Assembly (NCBI GenBank): GCA_963674595.2
Contig: CAXXFV010000023.1
Coordinates: 576,001 to 640,000 of the forward strand
Source: a bacterium
GTDB lineage: Bacteria; Zhuqueibacterota; Zhuqueibacteria; Residuimicrobiales; Krinioviventaceae
Direction of reading: 5' to 3'
DNA length: 64,000 nt
Positions within the stretch are counted from its first letter, which is position 1, and every line of letters starts with the position of its first letter. The notes below the pieces were generated by a model. That model worked only from the letters and a program-made list of their open reading frames with translations. It had not been told where the DNA came from and searched no databases. A program made the translations under genes and the position numbers. This document shows, piece by piece, positions 50,224-58,076 of the stretch.

Positions 50224-51439
50224 AGATTCTGATAAAAAACTGCGGATTGCTTATTTTAATTATATGCAGGATTTATACGGCAGTTCAATTGGTTCAACAA
50301 TAAAAGCAAAAGAACTGCTGACTCACCTAGAGTTACTGGGTCATTCGGTTTTTTATTATTGGCGCTATGAAAATCAAAACCATACCGGTAGTGTTGACAA
50401 CCGGTCCGATACGGTTTCTTTTTGGAAAAAATCTGCTTTTCGTCGATTATTGTTTACACCCAAAGAATTGTTGAAAAACCTGGTGGAGCTTTTCAGAGAA
50501 GCCCGGTTTATAAAACAAAATAAACCGGATATTATTATTTTTCGCCTGGACGCCTATCGCTATTCTTTGGTTTTGCTTTCGAAAATATTAAAAATTCCTT
50601 TGCTGGTTGAAGCGGATGGCGCCATGTCCTATGAATGGCTCACCTACAGCAACAAGGATGGAATCATCTGGAAATCAGTTATTTTGTTTGTTGAAAACTT
50701 TTGTTTAAAGTCCGGCCGGAAAATTTTTGTTCAGTCTAATACAAGCAAACAATATTACCTTGATAAACATCATCTGCCATCTGAAAAGATAGCTGTTGTT
50801 ACCAATGCGGCCCGAATTGAAAAAGAAAACACGCACCCGGAGTTATTGAGGGGGAAACTGGATATTCCATCAGATTCTGTCGTGATTGGATTCATGGGTT
50901 CTTTTCATTTCTGGCATGGTGTTAGTTTGCAAACCGTTCTTGTTGAACATGTGATGAAAAATTATGATCATGTGTATTTCTTGTTCATCGGCAGCGGCGG
51001 CCCTGTTGTTCAGCAGCTTCGAAATACTGTGAAAGAAAATGGCTGGTCCTCAAAAGTCAAATTTATTGATTTTGTTCCGCATGATGAACTTTATAAATAT
51101 GTTGATGTTTTTGATATTGCTTTGGCGCCCTATAGTGACAAAAATCTGTTCTATTATTCTCCTGTCAAACTTTTTGAGTACATGGTCCGTGCAAAACCCG
51201 TGTTGACTGTTAAAGTCGGTCAGATTGCTGAAATTATTAGCGATGGGCAGAACGGACTGTTTTTTAATCCGAATGATATAGAGGATTTGTATTCAAAGAT
51301 TGATAGGTTGATTAGCGATCCTGACCTTAGAGTGCGAATGGGAAATGAAGCTCAAAAAGTCATTAAAAAAGATCATACCTGGCCCCATAAAGCGGCACAG
51401 TTGCAAAAAATTTGTTATGAAATGTTAAATAATCACTAG
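50183..51439 (+). CDS. GT4 glycosyltransferase (start uncertain)
   Basis: 'IGFMGSFHFWHG', 'VPHDE', 'FYYSPVKLFEYM', 'GQNGLFF'. Confidence 0.88.
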   Translation: MPLFPFRRQGERIKDSDKKLRIAYFNYMQDLYGSSIGSTIKAKELLTHLELLGHSVFYYWRYENQNHTGSVDNRSDTVSFWKKSAFRRLLFTPKELLKNLVELFREARFIKQNKPDIIIFRLDAYRYSLVLLSKILKIPLLVEADGAMSYEWLTYSNKDGIIWKSVILFVENFCLKSGRKIFVQSNTSKQYYLDKHHLPSEKIAVVTNAARIEKENTHPELLRGKLDIPSDSVVIGFMGSFHFWHGVSLQTVLVEHVMKNYDHVYFLFIGSGGPVVQQLRNTVKENGWSSKVKFIDFVPHDELYKYVDVFDIALAPYSDKNLFYYSPVKLFEYMVRAKPVLTVKVGQIAEIISDGQNGLFFNPNDIEDLYSKIDRLISDPDLRVRMGNEAQKVIKKDHTWPHKAAQLQKICYEMLNNH

Positions 51440-51455
51440 TTTTACTGGAATTATT

Positions 51456-53054
51456 ATGCGAAAAATATTTTGGATTGTAATCGCGGTTTTGGCGCTATTG
51501 ACACCTGTCATATATTTTTATGGAATTGATCAGCTTGTTTTGGGTAGTGATGAGCTGCATCCTGCCCGGATTATAGTTGGTAACGACTGGAGCCTGACGC
51601 ACTATCCCTGGCCGAAAGAAGCTGTCCGCGAATATTATGACAACTGGCCGGTCCAGTTCCCCCCGTTATTCGGATTGTTGACCCGGGCCAGTGTTGTTGT
51701 TTTTGGAGCCGGGCATTTCGCACTTCGGTTTTTTCCTGCTTTATTTGCTTTATGTGCGCTTTTTGCAAGTTTTTTCCTGTTTCGAAAATTTATGAAACCG
51801 GAACTTGCCGCCATTGCCGGCCTTGTGATGGGCTGGAGTTCCGACATTATGATTGACTATGCCAAGTTTTTTAAACATTACACGGCAGATGTTTTGTGCG
51901 CCATTATTATTTTTATTCTGACGATTTCAATTATTAAATCAGGAAAATTGAAATACTGGGTTTTGCTGGCTTTGGTTTCTGCTACAAGTATCTGGCTGGC
52001 CTTTGCCTCTTTTTTCGCCATTGCCACCGCGTTCGGATTGATATTATTGCATCAATTTTTAATTAAAGATTTGAAAAATAAACAGTTCTGGCTCAAATAT
52101 GTATGTTCCGGTTTGTTTTTGTTTTGTTCTTTTATTGCCTTGTATTTTATTAATATAGCTAATGCCGTCAGCAATCCTGTGTTTTTAATGGATTGGGGAT
52201 ACCAAATTTTTAACTGGCAGCGAGCCGGTGATGCCATGTATTGGTTTATGTATTGGAAATATATTATCAGTCAAATTGTTTTAATGCCGGCCTATTTTTT
52301 CAAGATGTCGGTCGGAATCGGTATTGTCGCAAATATTTTAATACTGGTATGGGTGATACAGGCTTTTTTAAAAAAGGATTTTGAAAATCTGTTTTTGATG
52401 CTGACACCCATGCTGTTGTTGATCCTTGCTTCCTTTGCCGGAAAATACCCGTTTTATGCGTCAAGGTTATCACTCATATTGTTGCCATTATGGATTATTA
52501 TGATTTATAACGGCGCTGTTATTGTATTCGACAAACTGAAAAATGTAAAATTCGCCAAACCGGTTTTGGTCGCACTTCTCATTGTGCTTTTCCTTCATCC
52601 GGCCTATTCCAATGTGATAAAGGTGAAAACACTTGACTTTCCGAATCGTCGTCAGGTCGATCAGTTGATGTATGATTTAAAAGACCAGGTTCAGGACGGC
52701 GATACGGTTATGCTGCATTGGGGCGCTATTTTGGCTTTTTATTTTTATTTTACAGACCATCAATCCGGCTATCTGGAATATTATGCGACAAAAGACAATG
52801 CCGGAGAGATTACAATAATTTACGGTGAGGAACACAGATTACACCCGGAACTGAACCAGGTGTTTTTTGATCGTGTAAAGAGTGAATCGGGGCGTTTATG
52901 GGTTGTTTTTTGTCATCAGTGGCCGAATGATGATATGCTGCAATTAAAGGAGCAGTTGGATGCATCGCGGGAACAAATTTCATACATAAAACATAACGGC
53001 TGCCGTGCGTTTTTATATGGGCCGAATCAGGAATTGAATTACAATGAAAATTAG
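51456..53054 (+). CDS. GT-C glycosyltransferase #5
   Basis: First-loop 'SDE', 'QFPPLF', 'ALRFFP', 'KHY..D', 'YPFYASRL'; many TM. Confidence 0.82.
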   Translation: MRKIFWIVIAVLALLTPVIYFYGIDQLVLGSDELHPARIIVGNDWSLTHYPWPKEAVREYYDNWPVQFPPLFGLLTRASVVVFGAGHFALRFFPALFALCALFASFFLFRKFMKPELAAIAGLVMGWSSDIMIDYAKFFKHYTADVLCAIIIFILTISIIKSGKLKYWVLLALVSATSIWLAFASFFAIATAFGLILLHQFLIKDLKNKQFWLKYVCSGLFLFCSFIALYFINIANAVSNPVFLMDWGYQIFNWQRAGDAMYWFMYWKYIISQIVLMPAYFFKMSVGIGIVANILILVWVIQAFLKKDFENLFLMLTPMLLLILASFAGKYPFYASRLSLILLPLWIIMIYNGAVIVFDKLKNVKFAKPVLVALLIVLFLHPAYSNVIKVKTLDFPNRRQVDQLMYDLKDQVQDGDTVMLHWGAILAFYFYFTDHQSGYLEYYATKDNAGEITIIYGEEHRLHPELNQVFFDRVKSESGRLWVVFCHQWPNDDMLQLKEQLDASREQISYIKHNGCRAFLYGPNQELNYNEN

Positions 53055-53070
53055 ATAGAGCGGAAAAGAA

Positions 53071-54192
53071 ATGTCAGAAGAAAAAAAAATAAACGTGCTG
53101 CAACTCGTTGAAGGGTTCAGTCTTGGCGGTGCTGAAAAAAAATTGTGGGAATTGATTGCGAAAATGGACCGCAGCAAATACCGAACAGTGGTTTGCAGCC
53201 TGGGTCTGGGAGACACCATTCAGGAATATTTTGAAAAACTGGATGTCAAGGTCGTGACCTTGACGCGAAAAAGCAAATTTGATCTTTCTCTTATCTGGAG
53301 ATTACGGGCGCTGATCCGCGAAGAAAAAATAGATGTAATAATGACGACGCTGTTTTATGCGGATTTTTTAGGTGCTTTGGTCGGTAAATGGGCCGGTGCC
53401 AAAGCGGTTTTTTCCTGGGAAACCATTTCTTCTCCCAAATGGCTGGTATGGCATCGATTATATTCCTATCGGGCTGCTATTAAACTGGCAGACCGGGTTA
53501 TTTCGGTTTCACAGGCCACAGCAGAGTGGTTGAGAGAAAAGCGCGGCGTTGCTGCCCGGCAAATTGAGGTTATTCCCTATGGAGTGGACCTTGATATGTT
53601 TCAAGCCAAACCGGAACCTGATTTAAAGCAGGAACTGGGCCTGAGCTCTGAACAGCCTGTTGTCGGCATGGTTGGCCGGTTAAATGAACAAAAAGGCCAC
53701 GTTTATTTGATTGATGCCGCTGAAATTGTTGTTAAAAAAGTGCCGAATGTCCGTTTTTTGCTGGTTGGTGACGGTCCGCTTCGTCAGGAACTGGAAGAAA
53801 AGGTCGCTTCCAAAGGATTGCAGGATAATTTTATTTTCCTGGGGTTTCGGCACGATGTTCCAAGGTTATTGCGAATTTTTGATATTTTTACATTGCCATC
53901 TTTATATGAAGGATTACCCAATGTGGTGCTTGAAGCAATGGCCGTGAACCTGCCTGTTGTTGCAACACCTGTTGACGGTACCAAGGAAGCGGTCGTCCAG
54001 GATGAGACAGGTTTACTGATACCGGAAAAAAATCCCGGGGCATTAGCCGATGCTTTGATTGAACTTTTGACGGACAAAGAAAAGGCTGTAGAGATGGGAA
54101 ACAATGGAAGAAGGCGTGTTGAACAAGAGTTTTCTTTGCAGAAACAGGTTTCAAGTTTTGAAGATATTTATGCCGAATGGGCAAAAAAATAG
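53071..54192 (+). CDS. GT4 glycosyltransferase
   Basis: 'GGAEK', 'VGRLNEQKG', 'LGFRHDV', 'SLYEGLPNVVLEAMA'. Confidence 0.92.
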   Translation: MSEEKKINVLQLVEGFSLGGAEKKLWELIAKMDRSKYRTVVCSLGLGDTIQEYFEKLDVKVVTLTRKSKFDLSLIWRLRALIREEKIDVIMTTLFYADFLGALVGKWAGAKAVFSWETISSPKWLVWHRLYSYRAAIKLADRVISVSQATAEWLREKRGVAARQIEVIPYGVDLDMFQAKPEPDLKQELGLSSEQPVVGMVGRLNEQKGHVYLIDAAEIVVKKVPNVRFLLVGDGPLRQELEEKVASKGLQDNFIFLGFRHDVPRLLRIFDIFTLPSLYEGLPNVVLEAMAVNLPVVATPVDGTKEAVVQDETGLLIPEKNPGALADALIELLTDKEKAVEMGNNGRRRVEQEFSLQKQVSSFEDIYAEWAKK

Positions 54193-54220
54193 ATTTTAAA
54201 TTTAGTGTGGATATAATAAT

Positions 54221-55447
54221 ATGAAAATTTTAATGGTTCATAAATTTTACTATGTTGAAGGCGGCGCCGAACGTTACGTATTTAATTTAACACATTTGCT
54301 TGAAAAAAAAGGACATACTGTTATTCCGTTTGCCATGAAGCATGAAAAGAATTTTGAAACAGAATATGCCGATTATTTTGCCGATACATTGCAGGTTGAT
54401 CAGGTTAAATCCGGTTTTGGTTTATCGGACAGAATTTCATCAATAAAACAATTTATTTATAATAAAAATGCGCAGGTGCAGTTGGCCCGGTTGATTAAAG
54501 ATACAAAACCGGACATTGCCCATGTTCACAGCATTTATCATCATCTTTCACCGTCGGTTTTGGACACGTTAAAAGAGTATAATTTGCCGGTAATTCAAAC
54601 GCTGCATGATTATAAGCTGGTGTGTCCGAATTATATATTTTTAAACGGCCGGGGAGAGAATTGTGAAAAATGTAAAGGCAGGGCCTACTGGCACGCCGTT
54701 ACAAACAAGTGTTTCCATAAATCTTACTCTGCCAGCGCTCTTATCGCTGCGGAGGGGTATTATCACCGGTTTGCAAATACCTATAAAAAGAATATTGATT
54801 TGTTTACATCCCCCAGCCGGTTTTTAGGTGACAAGGTTGTCAAGTACGGCTTTCCAAAGGAAAAAATGATATTTTTCCCCTATACCCTGCCTTTAGAGGA
54901 TTATGTGCCGAATTATGATTATGATGATTCTGCCATATTTATGGGCAGGCTGACCCGTGAAAAGGGTGTCTGGTCGCTTTTGCAGGCCATGCAAGAATGC
55001 CGTGAATTGAATTTGAAAATCGCCGGAACCGGTCCTATCGAAAATGAACTAAAAGACTATGTCCGTAAAAATAATATGTCCAATGTTAAATTTCTTGGAT
55101 ACCTGAATGAAAAAGAGTTGAAAAAAGTTGTAGCACAATCCCGTTTTACAATTGTCCCTTCAATTTGGCACGATAATTCGCCATTGGTTATATATGAATC
55201 CATGGCGTTGGGAAAACCTGTTCTGGGCGCTAAAAGCGGCGGTATTCCGGAATTGGTTGATAATGGAAAAACCGGGTATATTTTTGAACCCGGCAATGTA
55301 CCGGATTTGGTTGAAAAAATACGTAAAATTAATAATGATGGTACGTTGAAAGAAATGAGTTATTCGGCACGTAAAAGGGCCGAGGAGAATTATGCTCCTG
55401 AGGTACATTATCCGCAGGTAATAAAGTTGTATGAAATGATAAAATAA
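54221..55447 (+). CDS. GT4 glycosyltransferase
   Basis: 'GGAERY', 'TLHDYKLVCP', 'GRLTREKG', 'SIWHDNSPLVIYESMA'. Confidence 0.92.
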   Translation: MKILMVHKFYYVEGGAERYVFNLTHLLEKKGHTVIPFAMKHEKNFETEYADYFADTLQVDQVKSGFGLSDRISSIKQFIYNKNAQVQLARLIKDTKPDIAHVHSIYHHLSPSVLDTLKEYNLPVIQTLHDYKLVCPNYIFLNGRGENCEKCKGRAYWHAVTNKCFHKSYSASALIAAEGYYHRFANTYKKNIDLFTSPSRFLGDKVVKYGFPKEKMIFFPYTLPLEDYVPNYDYDDSAIFMGRLTREKGVWSLLQAMQECRELNLKIAGTGPIENELKDYVRKNNMSNVKFLGYLNEKELKKVVAQSRFTIVPSIWHDNSPLVIYESMALGKPVLGAKSGGIPELVDNGKTGYIFEPGNVPDLVEKIRKINNDGTLKEMSYSARKRAEENYAPEVHYPQVIKLYEMIK

Positions 55448-55680
55448 TTCGGATTCTTGTTGAAATTTTAATTTTTATATATTATATTCTTAAAATCGTA
55501 TAAAATATAAATAATTCGTTTTTATTTGATTTTATACATAAAATTACTGCCAAGAGCTATTGTTTCGAAGAGAGGAAAAGCATCGTATAACCAATTTTAT
55601 TGGTTTTTGTCAGGCAGCATACTCGAAATTGTAGTATCCTCATTCATTTTTCCCAATTATCGAAATTTTTCTCTCAGCAT

Positions 55681-55697
55681 CTGGCATAGTGTTTGCG
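55681..55697 (+). promoter_or_regulatory. Putative sigma-54 (RpoN) -24/-12 promoter
   Basis: CTGGCATAGTGTTTGCG versus consensus YTGGCACGRNNNTTGCW; exact GG-N10-GC spacing, about 150 nt before ATG 55849. Confidence 0.65.
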
Positions 55698-55848
55698 TTT
55701 TTACGGCGCATAATATAGAGAACTCTTGTTTTTTATGGAGTAATAACCAGTTGTTTTATGAGCAAATACAAATCTGCTGTATCCGGTACAAACAGTTGTT
55801 TTGTTCTGAAACAGAACTATGTATCAATTGATCGGGAGGATAAAAGGC

Positions 55849-57060
55849 ATGATGATCCGAAATCCTTTTATAAAACTTTTTCCCCTTATACTTATCAGTA
55901 TAATGATTCTGTTTACAGTCGGCGTACAAGCCGCTACAGATACTTTTGAGCGTGCAGACGGCGCCTTGGGGAGCAGCTGGCAAGCATCGCCTGAACTTGT
56001 TGTCCAAAGTGGCAATTTTCATAATTCGGGTCCTGACAACAGTTGGAAATACACGGCTGTTTATAATCAGGAATCAGATCCGAACAGGGTTGAAATGCAG
56101 CTTGCCGGTTCAACGGACGGCTGTGATACCAACGGCGCCGGCCTTGTTGGTATTGCCTATTTAAACGCCTTGTCTGCGACGGCGGACGGCTATTTTATTC
56201 ATTATCGCGTTGTAGCGAATGAATACCGTCTTTATGTACGTAAAGATCAGGCTCTTGCGCTGGTTAATACACTTGCAAGCAGCGGTACAGCTTTAACGCC
56301 AGGTTCTACATTGCGTGTGGATTTTGACAAAAACAATTTTACTTTTGATGTTTATGTTGACGGAACATCGGTTGGTACATTACAGGATGCCGCTCATTCT
56401 GGGCGTGGCATTACCTGGTCCACCCATTATGCGGGTATTATATCGTTTGGTAATGGACAATTAAACGATGTTGAAAGTTTTTCCGCAAGTTATGTCATAC
56501 CGAGCACGGATGTTACGCCCCCTGCAACAATTTCCGATCTGTCTGCAACTGCAATGTCCTCTTCTATCGTTAAGCTGGCATGGACGGCTACAGGTGATGA
56601 CGGCACAGGCGGCACAGCGAGTGAATATGATATCCGCTATTCAACAAGCACCATAACATCTTCTAATTTTAACGCTGCAACAAAAGTAACATCTGTTACG
56701 GCCCCGAAAATCTCCGGTTTGGATGAGGCGATTAATGTTTCGGGATTAGCTGCTTCTACGTTATATTATTTTGCCATTAAAGCGAGGGATGAGGCTTATA
56801 ACTGGTCGAACATTTCTAATGTTCCTTCGGCAACAACAGCAGAAGGAACAACGCCGACAGGTTCATACAAATCCATTACGGATGATTTTGAGCGTACGGA
56901 CCTGGGGCCGGATTGGAATGCAACATCTGCTATGCTAATTGATAACGGCAAGTTGTATCATACTAAAGACAACAGCACTTGGAATAATTATGCGGTTTAT
57001 ACCGCAAAAAAACAGTCCAAAAGCGATCGCCTATCGCTATGCAGCGACTTTGGGAACTGA
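55849..57060 (+). CDS. Giant surface protein, segment 1 (signal peptide, beta-sandwich domain A1, FN3, start of A2); frameshift at A7 57006-57012
   Basis: RBS GGAGG then ATG 55849; 'DTFER' domain; FN3 'LAWTATGDDG...YDIRYS...YYFAIKARDE'; sensible sequence continues in the +1 frame after 'YAVYTAK'. Confidence 0.8.
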   Translation: MMIRNPFIKLFPLILISIMILFTVGVQAATDTFERADGALGSSWQASPELVVQSGNFHNSGPDNSWKYTAVYNQESDPNRVEMQLAGSTDGCDTNGAGLVGIAYLNALSATADGYFIHYRVVANEYRLYVRKDQALALVNTLASSGTALTPGSTLRVDFDKNNFTFDVYVDGTSVGTLQDAAHSGRGITWSTHYAGIISFGNGQLNDVESFSASYVIPSTDVTPPATISDLSATAMSSSIVKLAWTATGDDGTGGTASEYDIRYSTSTITSSNFNAATKVTSVTAPKISGLDEAINVSGLAASTLYYFAIKARDEAYNWSNISNVPSATTAEGTTPTGSYKSITDDFERTDLGPDWNATSAMLIDNGKLYHTKDNSTWNNYAVYTAKKQSKSDRLSLCSDFGN

Positions 57061-58075
57061 TGGTGCCATAACGGCCGGACATGCCGTTCTTTTGGACAAT
57101 ACCGATCCATCGATAATGAACGGTTATATGATTTTAAGAAGAAGTTCCGTTCTAAGTTTATTTGAAATTAACAACGGTGGATATGGTGCAAAGTTAAAAG
57201 AGGTCACTGGGGCACTTAACCAACCTATAGCTGGTGATGAGGTTAAAGTAGAGATTACGGTTGATGAGGCAACAAACGACCAGACCTTTGATTTTTATAT
57301 TAATGATATTTTTGATGCCCAGATTGTAATGCCTGCGGCGTCTTATAATCCTGGAACTACCTGGTATTCCGGTATTGTTCAGCATAGCGCTTATGATAAT
57401 TGGATTGAAGATTTTACGTTTTTCTATGAAGGCAGCGGCGGTCCGGAATCAATCAGTGCTTATTCCGGTGGCGACCAGTCCGGTCCCATTCAGCAGCAAT
57501 TACCCAATCCTGTGGTTGTGCAGGTGCTGGATGCTGCCGGTGAACCCTATGAAGGTGCTTTGCTTGATTTTCAGATTGCACAGGGAACTGCCCGTTTGGA
57601 TGATTTGGAAGATTTTGCGTTTGACGGCTATATTTGGCGGGAAGCTGAGAGTGGTAATATTCTTCATGCAGCCGCTAAAGTTCAGGAGGATGAAAATGCC
57701 TCCAACGGTGAATATATCTATCTGGATTATATTGCGGGAACACGAGAGAAAAGGATGTTTGAAATTCCGTTTTATGTCCCTGAAAATCTGAATTATAATA
57801 TTTATATGCGTTATAAAACAAATGATAAAGATGATTTTTATGCCGGTATAGATAATGGTGATTCAACGCATGTAACATTGACCAATAAAAATAATGTATG
57901 GACCTGGCAGAAAGTTTTGAATAAAACACTAACCAAAGGTTTACACACTTTTAATTACATTCTTTGGGAACCCTATATCAGCGTCGATAAAATTTTGATT
58001 GTTGATAATACTAAAACCGTTAATTTAGGCTCCAGTCAGGGAGGTTCCGGGCCTGATTTTCCAAATGTTACGGAT
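57011..58075 (+). CDS. Giant surface protein, segment 2 (rest of A2, Big_1-like domain with inserted CBM-like module); within ORF-track 56939-58141
   Basis: 'NSPKAIAY...', 'SGGDQSG...LPNPVVVQVLDAAGEP', CBM6/35-like 'WREAESG...ASNGEYI'; becomes nonsense after 'PNVTD'. Confidence 0.78.
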
Positions 58076-58076
58076 T

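Noticed and set aside
55526-55831. 101-aa ORF in the intergenic region before the giant gene
   Set aside because: TTG start without RBS, no motif, and it overlaps the sigma-54-like promoter and leader.
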